Counted from the first letter of the stretch, positions 8,573-18,225 are shown. The stretch is 32,000 nucleotides of DNA from an uncultured Chloroflexia bacterium (GCA_963718915.1 CAVRAI010000003.1:210001-242000); one strand, 5' to 3'. Numbers and translations are program-made. The notes: generated from the letters alone by a model not told the origin.

Positions 8573-8684
8573 CGTCTCATGCTCACGCTGCCTCCCTGGA
8601 ACTTTCGGCGTCCGTTTGTCGTCTTAGCGGCGTGCGCACACCGAAAGATTGTCGTTCAACGGCTACTCACCAGGGAGGGGACAC

Positions 8685-9461
8685 ATGTCTCTATCATCGG
8701 GAACATCGCGACTACTGTTGGCGCTGGTCGCCGTCTTCGCCGTGCTCACCATCATCGCGATTACACTGGGATTGGCAAATGTGGCGCGCGCCGGGGCTGT
8801 TTCGGTGCTGCCGGTCTCGTCGCAACAGACGGGCATCAGCGTCTGCGGGCATGGCACAGCGCAGGCCAAACCCGACCGGGCCAGCATCAGCGCGGGCGTG
8901 AATGTGCAGGCCAGCACGGCCCAGGATGCCCGCGACCGCGCGGCCTCGGCGATGACGTCGGTCATCAACGCGCTCAAGAGCAACGGCGTCGCCAGCGACG
9001 ACATCCAGACGGGCTATGTCGCGATTGCGCCGCAATATGACTACAACAGCGGCGCGCCCCGTACGACCGGCTACATGGCCTCAAACAGCGTCAACGTGAC
9101 CGTTCGCGATGTCTCGGCGGTCAGCAAGCTAATCGACGCGGCGACGGCGGCGGGCGGCAACAGCATCTACGTCAGCGGCGTCTCATTCTCATCCAGCGAT
9201 CCCTCGGCGGCGACGAATCAGGCGCAGCAGCAGGCGCTCACCGACGCGAAGAATCAGGCGGCGCGTATCGCGCAGGCCGCGGGGGTGAACCTGGGCGCGC
9301 CTATCTCGATTCAGGTCGGCGGCTGTGGTGCATCAACGGCGCCAGTGCCCTACTATGCGAACGGCGCGGCGGCGAACGACAAGGCTCAAGCCTCGACGCC
9401 GATCCAGCCGGGCCAGCAGGATGTCGCGGTGGATGTCGCCATTGTCTACGCGATTGGGTGA
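8685..9461 (+). CDS. SIMPL/DUF541 domain protein with N-terminal signal anchor
   Basis: A TM/signal segment (LLLALVAVFAVLTIIAITLG) is followed by ..ISVCGHGTAQAKPDRASISAGVNVQASTAQDARD..VINALKSNGVASDDIQT.. and ..QPGQQDVAVDVAIVYAI, typical of the 26-kDa periplasmic immunogenic protein family. ATG 8685 is preceded by AGGGAGGGG. Confidence 0.8.
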   Translation: MSLSSGTSRLLLALVAVFAVLTIIAITLGLANVARAGAVSVLPVSSQQTGISVCGHGTAQAKPDRASISAGVNVQASTAQDARDRAASAMTSVINALKSNGVASDDIQTGYVAIAPQYDYNSGAPRTTGYMASNSVNVTVRDVSAVSKLIDAATAAGGNSIYVSGVSFSSSDPSAATNQAQQQALTDAKNQAARIAQAAGVNLGAPISIQVGGCGASTAPVPYYANGAAANDKAQASTPIQPGQQDVAVDVAIVYAIG

Positions 9462-9465
9462 TACG

Positions 9466-9649
9466 AATTTCGCCGTAGTGGTTGTTTAGTGTGAAGGCGT
9501 GCGGCGGAGCGAGCGGGCCGTAGCGTAATGAACGTTCACGTATTCCTCCGAACACCGTGCGTTGTGGCGGGCGAGGCGGGCCGTAGCGTTCACGCTACGG
9601 CGAATGGGCAGACGTTTCGGATACGGAAATTCGCTGGCAGGCTCTGGCC
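9466..9649 (+). repeat. Intergenic structured repeat, copy C (composite)
   Basis: TCGCCGTAG at 9470. GGCCGTAGCGTAATGAACGTTCACGTATTCCTCCGAAC at 9516. Full core GGCCGTAGCGTTCACGCTACGGCGAAT at 9579-9605. Then ..AATTCGCTGGCAGGCTCTGGCC. Confidence 0.75.
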
Positions 9650-9687
9650 CGCGACCCCACCAATACTATCGCAAACGTGGGCCAGTA

Positions 9688-10947
9688 TTATTCTCCGAAG
9701 AGCGTCGTCAGGGGCATGTAGAAGGCCTTCATTGCCTGGAACGCCGCATCGGTCGAAGACTGGGCAGTGGCGACCGCCATGACCACCACCTGTGGCCCCT
9801 TCGCCGGAGTGAGGACTCCCGCCACACTCACCGTGAACGTGTTATCGGTCGGCGCGATCCCCACCACCAGCAGATTGCCCGCCGCCCGCGCCCATGGCGC
9901 CACCAGATTCGCCGTCGTTGGGGCATCGGCCAGCGCAAGCACGCTGTAGACCGCCGAGCGGTCTTTCGCCTGCAGCAGATCGCCCGCTAGCTGCGTGTAG
10001 AAATCAATCAGCGCGCGCGGCGTCGCATTGCACGCCGTCCACGTCGGCGCCGTCTGGATGCCCTGAACCGATTTGCTGCTCAGATAGAGCGAGAGACCAG
10101 CGGCGCCACCAAGCTGCTGATAGATGCGCGGCGTCACCGTCGCGTCACCATGGGAGAGTGCGAGGGCGTCCGTCAGATTGACCGCCTTGTTTTGCGCCTC
10201 CGCCCCGGCATAGAGCGCGCTAAGCTGCATCGCGCGAAGACCCGTGCCGAGGGCAAAGAAACCATCCGGCGCACCCTGGGTATAGAGACGATTCTGGCTG
10301 GGAATATAGACCATCGCCGCAAACTGCTTGCCAGCGGGCGCGACCTCCTGCCGTAGCGATGGCGCGAGCGCGCCCAGGTCGCCCAGAATCGCTCCCGTCG
10401 CGCCATAGCTGATGAGCATCCCATCGGGTACCCATCCCTCGCCACCAGTGCCAGCCACCGGCCCGTTCCACTGCACACGCGACCAGATCGTCTTGCCAAC
10501 CCGCTTGTGCTGGAGCAGCCGCACCGGGAATGCGGGCGCGAGCGTCGCCAGCGGCGCCCCATTGGCTGGATCTGGCAACACATTCACCGACTGTGTCACC
10601 CAGGCGTCTCGTGGCAGCGCCAGATCGGGCGCATCGGTGGGTGTTGGCGTACTGGAACGGGGGAAAAGCGCAACGAGCGAGGACGGCGTTAGATTCAGTT
10701 GGCCCGTCGCGTAGGCCACGATCCCCACCGGGATAATACCGGTCAGGCAGAAGGCCAGCAGGAGCAGCAGTGTGGCTTTCCAGGCGTCCATCTGATGGGG
10801 TGGCGCATCGGTGGAGGGAAACCTCGTCGCGGCCCGCTTCTCCTTCGAGGCGGGTTCGTCGCTCTTCAGTCCCGTCGCCATCCTCACGCTCTCTTCCGCG
10901 ATTCCCCACCCGTTCGTGGCTGCCCGCAAGTCCGCGAGTATCATCAT
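9688..10947 (-). CDS. Membrane-anchored protein with an SH3b-like domain and a degenerate class A beta-lactamase-like (serine-hydrolase fold) domain
   Basis: Single TM (WKATLLLLLAFCLTGIIPVGIVAY). SH3b-like ..AWVTQSVNVLPDPANGAPLATLAPAFPVRLLQHKRVGKTIWSRVQWNG...GWVPDGML. The C-terminal ~230 aa align by eye block-for-block with class A beta-lactamases, but the SxxK position reads TGLR, SDN reads SHGD, and no KTG is present. An alternative start is ATG 10881. Confidence 0.5.
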   Translation of the reverse strand: MMILADLRAATNGWGIAEESVRMATGLKSDEPASKEKRAATRFPSTDAPPHQMDAWKATLLLLLAFCLTGIIPVGIVAYATGQLNLTPSSLVALFPRSSTPTPTDAPDLALPRDAWVTQSVNVLPDPANGAPLATLAPAFPVRLLQHKRVGKTIWSRVQWNGPVAGTGGEGWVPDGMLISYGATGAILGDLGALAPSLRQEVAPAGKQFAAMVYIPSQNRLYTQGAPDGFFALGTGLRAMQLSALYAGAEAQNKAVNLTDALALSHGDATVTPRIYQQLGGAAGLSLYLSSKSVQGIQTAPTWTACNATPRALIDFYTQLAGDLLQAKDRSAVYSVLALADAPTTANLVAPWARAAGNLLVVGIAPTDNTFTVSVAGVLTPAKGPQVVVMAVATAQSSTDAAFQAMKAFYMPLTTLFGE

Positions 10948-10979
10948 TGTATCATTGCCGGGAAAACAGCCTCACGGTG

Positions 10980-11648
10980 TTACGCGGCCCGCGGACGGCG
11001 CGCCTCCATTCCCATTGCCAGAAGCGGGTCACTTACAGATGCGAATTGGGACTGCGAGGCATTCCAGGTTGAAAGCTGGCCAGTATCATAGTTGATGGTG
11101 ATTTTTCCAAATGAGCTGAGAATATCTGATCCCAGCAACCCGCGCACGCCAGACCCCTGCTTGAACGAGGCCAACCCCGTTCTGCCGATATTGGCGGCGG
11201 GCAGCGTAATCGTGCCCGCACTCCAGGCGTCGACATGAACCGGGGTGACATCCTGCGTCCCGCCAACGCCCGCCACCTGCGCGCTGTCGCCAGTCACCGG
11301 GAGCTGAAGGTTGTCGGCAAGCTGCGTGTCGATCAGGGTGATGCCCGCGCCGGTATCTAGCGCAAAGTCGTACGGTCCCTTGCCATCGATGGTGACGGGT
11401 ACGAGTATCATCGCCGTGCCACCGCCACCGCGCAAGATCTTCACTGGCGTCGTCTGGCCTTTGCCCGTGGTGACACTGCCCGTATTCGAGGAGAACCCAT
11501 TATTTCCCGTTGTCGAGCCAGCGGTCAGGCTGCACGCGCCGACGACCAGCGCCAGCGCGCCGAGCGCCGCGACAATCGCCAGTAGCCGCCCACCCGCCCG
11601 TGGTAATCGCAGCCGTAGCGGCCAGGACCAATGAGAGTTTGAGCGCAT
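10980..11648 (-). CDS. Retropepsin-like aspartic protease, predicted lipoprotein
   Basis: Signal peptide with lipobox (..ALALVVGAC). Catalytic DTGA in ..YDFALDTGAGITLID... Also ..VRGLLGSDILSSFGKITINY.., typical of PF13650/PF13975-type bacterial retropepsins. Confidence 0.7.
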   Translation of the reverse strand: MRSNSHWSWPLRLRLPRAGGRLLAIVAALGALALVVGACSLTAGSTTGNNGFSSNTGSVTTGKGQTTPVKILRGGGGTAMILVPVTIDGKGPYDFALDTGAGITLIDTQLADNLQLPVTGDSAQVAGVGGTQDVTPVHVDAWSAGTITLPAANIGRTGLASFKQGSGVRGLLGSDILSSFGKITINYDTGQLSTWNASQSQFASVSDPLLAMGMEARRPRAA

Positions 11649-11850
11649 CAGCGGATTCTCCTTCGGCGCCGTCTTTAAATAATACAGGTCACACGCGCAC
11701 GATGCAGGCTATGCGCACCATAACGTTCGTTCTGTGACGAAACTACGTCTGAACGGTTCTCCGGGTTAGCGCCATGTTTTCGGCCATACTACATCGCATG
11801 TCTCTTGCCACTGCCCAACGGCCCATGAGATAAGGGTTCGCGAGCATGGT

Positions 11851-12276
11851 TCAGACGGCTATCTGGCGCGTAATCGTAATGCGAATTGCCTGGGAGTACG
11901 ACTTGGCCATCGTCTCGGCGGTCCATCCCATATCCGCCAGCAGCGCGCCATATTTGCTGGCGTAGGCGGGCAGCGTCGTCGTCATCGCGGGATCGTCAAG
12001 CACCGCCGCGATCCCTTCGAGCACCGTCACGTCGTCGCCCTGGTTCGTGCCGTCGAGTGAGACGATCACCGCCGGATTCTGGCGAAGATTGCGAATCTTC
12101 TGGTTGTCGGGCTTGCTGAAGAGGAGAATCGTCTCGCCTTCCCAGAGAAACCAGACCGGTACCAGATGCGGCCGCCCGTCCGGGCGCACGCTGGCCAGCC
12201 AGAGAATCTCCTCCGCGCGCAGTCGCTCGGCGGTATGCGCCTGTCGTGGATCGCTTGTATCGAGTCGGAACGTCAT
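11851..12276 (-). CDS. Pyridoxamine 5'-phosphate oxidase (PPOX) family, FMN/F420-binding split-barrel protein
   Basis: ..ILWLASVRPDGRPHLVPVWFLWEGETILLFSKPDNQKIRNLRQNPAV... The 141-aa size is typical. GGGGAAGG SD lies upstream of ATG 12276. Confidence 0.75.
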   Translation of the reverse strand: MTFRLDTSDPRQAHTAERLRAEEILWLASVRPDGRPHLVPVWFLWEGETILLFSKPDNQKIRNLRQNPAVIVSLDGTNQGDDVTVLEGIAAVLDDPAMTTTLPAYASKYGALLADMGWTAETMAKSYSQAIRITITRQIAV

Positions 12277-12617
12277 GATGCCAAACCTTCCCCAGCGAAC
12301 ACCGTATACTGCATTCGCCCATAGTTCATTGCAGGTGTATCATACTTCAGAAAGTATAGCGCAGCCAGGCAGCTATGCGAAAACGGCAAGCATGATGTGG
12401 GTGGCTCACATCACAGGAGGCGCGAAAAATGCGACTCACACAGCCGTTCGTACGTACTCATGGAAGCTATAGGCGCATGCTTGACTGAGGCGCCGTTGTG
12501 ATACTCTTACACAATGCACTTGTGATGCGCGTACACTATCATCGTTATGTGCGGAGTGTTGCCAATTGGTAGAGGATTACCATTGGCGCCGATACCAGTG
12601 AATCAGTGAGCAGGACT

Positions 12618-13793
12618 ATGTCTGCGCAACAATCAGGTAAACGCGCTAGGGCAAGGCGCGCGCTGCTGGTGAGCAGCCCAAACGCCGGGAACGCCTCGCG
12701 CGCGGGGCAGCTGACAACACAACTGAAACGTCTCGGCATCACCGTGGCGAGGAATATACCCGTGGGCGAGCTCGATCACTCGCAGCCGCAGGGGGCGCTC
12801 TGGCGCGAGCAGGGCTACGATCTGGTGGTGGCCGCGGGCGGAGATGGCACGGTGGGCGCCGTGGCAACCCACCTCGTCGGCAGCGAGTTGCCCCTGGCGA
12901 TTCTGCCGCTGGGGACCGCCAACGACGTGGCGCGCTCGCTCTATCTGCCCATGGATATCGCCGAGGCGTGCGTTGCAATTGCGGGCGCGCTACCCATGGA
13001 TATCGATGTTGGTCAGGTGATGCCTGGACTAACGGCGCCGCTGGCCTATTCGGCTGAAGAGCGCGCGAACCCCGCACCCGGCGATCCGTCGCCAGCGGCA
13101 GGGGCATGCTTTCTCCATGCGGCCACGCTTGGGCTGAACGTCGAATTCGCCCGCCTGGCAACAGATTCACTCCGTCGCCAGCGGCTGGGGAAGCTGACGT
13201 ATGCTGCGTCCGCGCTGGAGGCAGTCACCCATTATCACCCTGTCGATGTCACGCTCCATGTCTATGGAATGGAGGGGGCAGAGGGAGTTGAGGGGGCTGA
13301 TACGGCCAGCAAGGCAGACGAGACGGTCATCCAGAGTCGCGTGGTGCAGGTCAGTGTCGTCAATACCCCTGTCTTTGGAGGGAAGATGAGCGTGCGCCTG
13401 CCTGATGTCAGCCTGGAGGATCGCCTGCTCGACTTCATGGTGATTGAAGCGATAGATGCCCAGCAGCTTCGTCACACAGTACAGCAGTTGCTTGCCGCGC
13501 TGCGTGCTGGGCCAGACCAACCTGACCAGCCCGAACATCCGGCGGGGGCTTCTGGCAATGGGCAGAGGCAAGAGCATGAGGCTCCACGTCTGCCAGGGGT
13601 ACGGCGATTCCGGGCAAAGGCGGTTACTATCGAGACGGCGGACGCGCTGGATGTGACGCTCGACGGCGAGGTTCGCACCCATACGCCGGTGATGATCCGA
13701 GTCTCGCCACAGCCGCTCCGCGTGCTGGTGCCACCGCAGGCAAAGCGCCTGCTGATGCAACAGGACGAGCCATCCGCCGATCCCGGCGCATAG
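12618..13793 (+). CDS. Diacylglycerol-kinase-like lipid kinase (DAGK_cat / YegS family)
   Basis: ..DLVVAAGGDGTVGAVATHL..LPLAILPLGTANDVARSL.. is the DAGK catalytic domain signature. ATG 12618 is the first ATG, 12 nt inside the GTG-initiated ORF at 12606. Confidence 0.8.
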   Translation: MSAQQSGKRARARRALLVSSPNAGNASRAGQLTTQLKRLGITVARNIPVGELDHSQPQGALWREQGYDLVVAAGGDGTVGAVATHLVGSELPLAILPLGTANDVARSLYLPMDIAEACVAIAGALPMDIDVGQVMPGLTAPLAYSAEERANPAPGDPSPAAGACFLHAATLGLNVEFARLATDSLRRQRLGKLTYAASALEAVTHYHPVDVTLHVYGMEGAEGVEGADTASKADETVIQSRVVQVSVVNTPVFGGKMSVRLPDVSLEDRLLDFMVIEAIDAQQLRHTVQQLLAALRAGPDQPDQPEHPAGASGNGQRQEHEAPRLPGVRRFRAKAVTIETADALDVTLDGEVRTHTPVMIRVSPQPLRVLVPPQAKRLLMQQDEPSADPGA

Positions 13794-13842
13794 AGCGCTT
13801 CGATTGCTTCGATTGCAATGAAAACGAAAGAGTAGTTGAGAC

Positions 13843-16578
13843 ATGCCCCCACGCGATCCCTCTCATCGCCCACGCAAGACCGGCGCGCGTCCGTCATCCT
13901 CGCGGGCGCGGCGCGCTGATGCCGAAGATTCCGGCGCTGGCGCTGGTCACGCGCCCAATGCGCCATCGGAGGCCGTCACCGCCTTTCTGGCAACCCAGCC
14001 ATTCCCGCTCGACCCATTCCAGATCGAGGCCGCGGAACACCTGGCGGCGGGGCGCTCGGTGCTGGTTGCCGCTCCGACGGGGAACGGCAAAACGATCGTG
14101 GCGGAGTTCGCTATCTGGCAGGCGCGCCAGGCCGGGCAGCGCGCTATCTATACCGCGCCGATCAAGGCGCTCTCCAATCAGAAGTTCCGCGACCTGCGCA
14201 AGCGCCACGGTGTCCGCGAGGTTGGCCTGCTGACCGGCGATATCGTCGAGAATCCCGCCGCGCCCATCGTCGTCATGACGACCGAAATCTATCGCAATAT
14301 GCTGCTCGAAGGCGCGCGCGCCGCCCGCATGACCATCGCCGAGGAGGCGAGCGCCCTGGTCGATCCGCTCCGCGCCCGCAAAGCGCGTGACACGCGCGAC
14401 GGACATACGTCCCGGGAGGCGTCGGATGTGGCGGAGATGGCCAGGCGCGCCGCGATAGATGAAGAACTCTCAGGCGTCGGCTGCGTCATCTTTGATGAAC
14501 TGCATTTCCTCGGCGATCCCGAGCGCGGCCCCGTCTGGGAAGAGGCGATCATCCACTCGCCCGCGCATGTGCTCTTTGCTGGGCTGTCGGCCACCGTCAG
14601 CAACGCCGACGAACTACGCCGCTGGATCGAGGCGGTTCATGGGCCAATGGCGCTGGTCTTCCACGATGAGCGTGCCGTGCCGCTGGAGCATTTCTTCTTC
14701 TTCGAGAACAAGCTGCACCTCGTCCAGAACGCCGATGGCCAGCGCGTGGAGCGCTTTCCCGGTATCGGCGGCGAGACCCGCCGCGCGCGCCTGATGCAGC
14801 GCCGCCGCCCGCCCGCCAGCGACAAATCCCAGCCGTATCCTCGGATGGTTGACATTCTGCGCGAAGGAACACATGCTGGGGGAGCGGCGCAGCCCGGCCT
14901 GCCAGAGCAGCCGGAAGCGCCGGAGGAGCGTCCCGCGCCGGAGCCAGGCGAGGTGGTGACGGCGCTCCGGGCGGCGAACCTGCTGCCGTGTCTCTATTTT
15001 CTGCCGGGACGGCGCGCGGTGGAGGCGGCGGCTTCGAGCGCGGCGGGGCATCTGCTCGTCACCCCGGATGATCGCGCGCGGCTCCACGAACAGGTGCAGC
15101 AGTGGGTGCGGACACTGCCCCCCGAAGACCAGAAGCTCGATCAGGTGCGCCGACTGGCGACACTCTTGCCGCGCGGCCTCGGCTTCCACCACGCCGGGCT
15201 GCTCCCCGCGCTCAAGGTGATGGTGGAGACGCTCTTCGCCCGTGGCGACCTGAAGGCAGTCTTCGCCACCGATACGCTCGCCCTGGGCATCAACATGCCC
15301 GCGCGCACGGTCGTCGTCGGCAGTCTGAGCAAGTTCGACGGCCACCAAATGCGCCTGCTTACCCCCAACGAATACCAGCAGCTCACCGGACGCGCGGGCC
15401 GCCGTGGCATGGACGCGCACGGCTCGGCGGTGCTGCTCTACTCGCCGTGGGATGTCTTCGAGCCAGCGTTCGCGTCGCTCACCGCGCCGTTGCTGCCCGT
15501 CACCAGCGCGTTCACCATTCGCTACAACACCATCCTCAACCTCTGGCGTCCCGGCGACTATGGCCGGTTGCGCACGGCGGTCGCCAATAGCCTGCGCGAG
15601 TTCCAGCGGCGGGGAAGTCGCCCAGCGCGGTCGCACGCGGACGAGGAGTACGCGCTCTACCAGAGCCATCGCAAAAAGAAGAAGGCGAACCGCGAGTCCG
15701 ACGGATTGAGCCGCGCCGCCTCGGCGGAGTTGAACGCGACGGTCTACGTGCTGCGGATGATGGGCTATATCGATGAGGACGACGAACTGACGATCCGTGG
15801 CTGGATGCTGCGGGCGATATTTCATCCGGCGGGCATGGTGCTGACCGAGCTGGCGCTCAGCGGCGCGCTGGATGGCCTGAACCCCGGCGAGCTGGCGGAG
15901 GTGGTGAGCTGGTTCACCTATGATAGCAGCGACCGTTCGCTGCACAACCTCTACACGCTGCCACGCAACCTGCTGGAGATGCGCCGCGAGGTCTGGAAGA
16001 CGTTGCGGACGGTGCAGACGCTGGAATACGAAGAGGGTGTCTCAGTCAGTCCGGGAATTGTCGAGAGTTTCCACAGTGTCGCGCTGAACTGGTGGCGCGG
16101 CGGCAACCTGCGCGGGCTGCTCAACCACATCGAGCTGGCGGAGGGCGATCTGCTGGTCGTGCTCAACCAGACGATTGACCTGCTACAGCAGTTGCAGGGC
16201 GCGGTGGGACAGGTGCTCGACTCGCGCTCCCTCTGGCAGTCGCGCGGGGCTTCACGGCGTACCTCACGCGCGCAGCAAGATATGCGTCTGCAACTGGAAG
16301 ACCTGCGCGAACTGCTGGCGGAGGCCTGGCGCAACATGCTGCGGGGTAGTGTCGCGCTGAGCCGGGCTATTCCCACGATAGCCGCGCCAGCGGAGACATC
16401 AACAGAGACAGCAGCCGAGGCGGGCGAGCTACCGCCCATTCCCATGGCCGAGGATGAGGATATCAGCGAGACCTGGGGAGATCGCGCCGAAGATGCCACC
16501 GATACAGATGTTGGCGACGAGAACGACGAGAGCGACGAGAGCGACGACGTGGTTCCTGAAGAGCCGCCTCAGCAATGA
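13843..16578 (+). CDS. helY: Ski2-like DEAD/DEAH-box helicase, HelY-type, with DSHCT-like C-terminal domain and acidic tail
   Basis: Motif I AAPTGNGKT. Ski2-family motif Ia TAPIKALSNQKFRDL. Motif II FDELHF. Also SATVSN, ..GLGFHHAGL.., ..FATDTLALGINMPARTVV.. and ..QLTGRAGRRGMD... The C-terminal ..FHSVALNWWRGGNLRGLL..AEGDLLVVLNQTIDLLQQL resembles DSHCT. The 911-aa length is close to mycobacterial HelY. Confidence 0.8.
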   Translation: MPPRDPSHRPRKTGARPSSSRARRADAEDSGAGAGHAPNAPSEAVTAFLATQPFPLDPFQIEAAEHLAAGRSVLVAAPTGNGKTIVAEFAIWQARQAGQRAIYTAPIKALSNQKFRDLRKRHGVREVGLLTGDIVENPAAPIVVMTTEIYRNMLLEGARAARMTIAEEASALVDPLRARKARDTRDGHTSREASDVAEMARRAAIDEELSGVGCVIFDELHFLGDPERGPVWEEAIIHSPAHVLFAGLSATVSNADELRRWIEAVHGPMALVFHDERAVPLEHFFFFENKLHLVQNADGQRVERFPGIGGETRRARLMQRRRPPASDKSQPYPRMVDILREGTHAGGAAQPGLPEQPEAPEERPAPEPGEVVTALRAANLLPCLYFLPGRRAVEAAASSAAGHLLVTPDDRARLHEQVQQWVRTLPPEDQKLDQVRRLATLLPRGLGFHHAGLLPALKVMVETLFARGDLKAVFATDTLALGINMPARTVVVGSLSKFDGHQMRLLTPNEYQQLTGRAGRRGMDAHGSAVLLYSPWDVFEPAFASLTAPLLPVTSAFTIRYNTILNLWRPGDYGRLRTAVANSLREFQRRGSRPARSHADEEYALYQSHRKKKKANRESDGLSRAASAELNATVYVLRMMGYIDEDDELTIRGWMLRAIFHPAGMVLTELALSGALDGLNPGELAEVVSWFTYDSSDRSLHNLYTLPRNLLEMRREVWKTLRTVQTLEYEEGVSVSPGIVESFHSVALNWWRGGNLRGLLNHIELAEGDLLVVLNQTIDLLQQLQGAVGQVLDSRSLWQSRGASRRTSRAQQDMRLQLEDLRELLAEAWRNMLRGSVALSRAIPTIAAPAETSTETAAEAGELPPIPMAEDEDISETWGDRAEDATDTDVGDENDESDESDDVVPEEPPQQ

Positions 16579-16581
16579 AAC

Positions 16582-16611
16582 GAACCCCTCCCCGCTGTTG
16601 GGAAGGGGTTC
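16582..16611. terminator. Hairpin between convergent genes (possible bidirectional terminator)
   Basis: GAACCCCTCCCC-gctgtt-GGGAAGGGGTTC is a 12-bp stem with one mismatch. It starts 4 nt after the helicase stop (16576-16578) and ends 16 nt before the anti-sigma stop (16627). There is no clean U-tract on the + strand; the - strand continuation is GTTTCATT. Confidence 0.5.
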
Positions 16612-16626
16612 CACGATGACGGGACA

Positions 16627-18225
16627 CTACTTCTGCTGATAGAGCGTCCAGCCGCCGTTCTGATAGGACCACAGCATCGGCGAGCCGTATGAGGGCACAT
16701 CGGAGTCCTGGATGGTCTGGCCGCTGGGGAGCGCGGCGACGAACCCACAGGCCCAGCCAACATCGCCCGCGAATGACATCCCGGTGATCGCGCTGGCATC
16801 GCCACCCACATCGGGCGTCTGCGTCTCCGTCCACGAGGCGCCATCGTAGTGCAGCAGGATCGTGTGTTTCTCGATGCCACTGGCAGTGACGCCAGGCTGC
16901 ATGTTCTGCTCCTGCGCGATGATCCAGCCATCATGCGCCGACCGCATCACAATCGATTGCAATGTGACGAACGCTCCGCCGCTGGTGAATTGTAGCGGCA
17001 CGCTCTGCCACTTGCCGTTGCTGTAATGGTAAAGAACCTGCGGAACTGGCTTCCCCGCCGTGACGCTGCTGGGACCGTCGATGCCACGCTGCCCAATCGC
17101 CCAGCCGTCGTCCGCCGAGACCATCGCCAGCCCGCTAATTTCGCCCAGGTTGCCCGCATTGAGCGTGCTGTGCGTCGTCCAAGTATTATTGCCCGTATAC
17201 TTGAGGACTGTATAGTTGGGATCGCCGTAGTCCTGCGAGGGCTTCATCAGTGCCCACCCCTGGCTATCAGAGACCATCCGCAACGCAAGGATCTGCCCGT
17301 GGGCGCCTATGTTGGCGTTGATCGTCTGCTGTGTCCAGGATGCGCCGTCGAAGTGGAATATCGCCGGTGACCCGCTGCTGAAGGGATCGTTGAAGACCCA
17401 CACCGAGTGCGCTGATATCGCCTGGATCCCTGCGAGATTCCCACCGGGCGCGCCTTGCTGAACCTCCTGCCATTTGCCAGCGCTGAAGTGGAAGAGCACG
17501 GAGCCGCGGTTGAAGTTGCGCGCCATTGCCCAGCCGTCCGTCGCCGAATCCATCGAGAGAACGCCGTTGAATCCGCCGACGCCACCCGTTCCCAGCAAGG
17601 TCGCGGCATCGTTGCTCAGGTTCACCATCTCAGGTGTCCAGAGGCCGTTCTGGTAGTGATAGAACGTGACGGTCTTCGGCGTGGATTTGCCATCAGGCGT
17701 CTTCGTAACCTGCGCCAGCGCCCAGCCTTCGGTTGGCGAGACCATGCTAACATCGGCGAGAAGGCCCTGCGTCCCCGGGAAGCTCGGACGTGACGGCCCA
17801 CCGCGCGAGCCTACGCCTAGCCCGAGTCGTCCGCCAAAGAGCAGCGCGGCCATGCCGAGCAGCACGACGACTACGGCGACGGCTCCCAGCCCGGAGAGCC
17901 ATGGCCGAGAGACGTAGTAGGGGCGGCGCGGACCGCTTGAAAGTGGCGCGCTATGGTCAGTATTGTCAGCCTGTTCGGATCGCTCGGTAATGTGCCGCAT
18001 GATATCCTCCGTCGCGTAGGGACGAACCGACGAGAACCCAAAGCGTTCGCGTACCGCCTGATCGAGCACGGCATAGCGCGCGCGTTCCCGCTGGCAGTGC
18101 GCGCAGGCGCGTAGATGCTCCAGCGCGGCGGCGTACGCGGGGTCGTTCTCGCCGTCATCGAGTACTGGGAGTAGCAACTCCATCTGAGCGCAGGTGATCG
18201 CTGACGCTGGCGTATGGTGGTTCAT
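16627..18225 (-). CDS. Anti-sigma factor: zf-HC2 N-domain, one TM, extracytoplasmic 7-bladed beta-propeller-like domain
   Basis: N-terminus ..CAQMELLLPVLDD..HLRACAHCQRE (H-x3-C-x2-C). TM WLSGLGAVAVVVVLLGMAALLF. There are seven spaced (D/E/Q)GWA-type motifs (TEGWALAQ, TDGWAMAR, HSVWVF, SQGWALMK, DDGWAIGQ, HDGWIIAQ, DVGWACGF), as in Ycf48/BNR-like propellers. The ATG overlaps the sigma stop in ATGA. Confidence 0.75.
   Translation of the reverse strand: MNHHTPASAITCAQMELLLPVLDDGENDPAYAAALEHLRACAHCQRERARYAVLDQAVRERFGFSSVRPYATEDIMRHITERSEQADNTDHSAPLSSGPRRPYYVSRPWLSGLGAVAVVVVLLGMAALLFGGRLGLGVGSRGGPSRPSFPGTQGLLADVSMVSPTEGWALAQVTKTPDGKSTPKTVTFYHYQNGLWTPEMVNLSNDAATLLGTGGVGGFNGVLSMDSATDGWAMARNFNRGSVLFHFSAGKWQEVQQGAPGGNLAGIQAISAHSVWVFNDPFSSGSPAIFHFDGASWTQQTINANIGAHGQILALRMVSDSQGWALMKPSQDYGDPNYTVLKYTGNNTWTTHSTLNAGNLGEISGLAMVSADDGWAIGQRGIDGPSSVTAGKPVPQVLYHYSNGKWQSVPLQFTSGGAFVTLQSIVMRSAHDGWIIAQEQNMQPGVTASGIEKHTILLHYDGASWTETQTPDVGGDASAITGMSFAGDVGWACGFVAALPSGQTIQDSDVPSYGSPMLWSYQNGGWTLYQQK

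Noticed and set aside
9528-9782. An apparently conserved small ORF (MNVHVFLRTP(C/R)VVAGEAGRSV.ATAN..) present both here and at 18969-19100.
   Set aside because: The conservation is at nucleotide level within the intergenic repeat module. Copies A and B differ by indels that destroy the frame, copy D has an internal 29-bp duplication, and there is no SD. This is a by-product of the repeat, not a gene.
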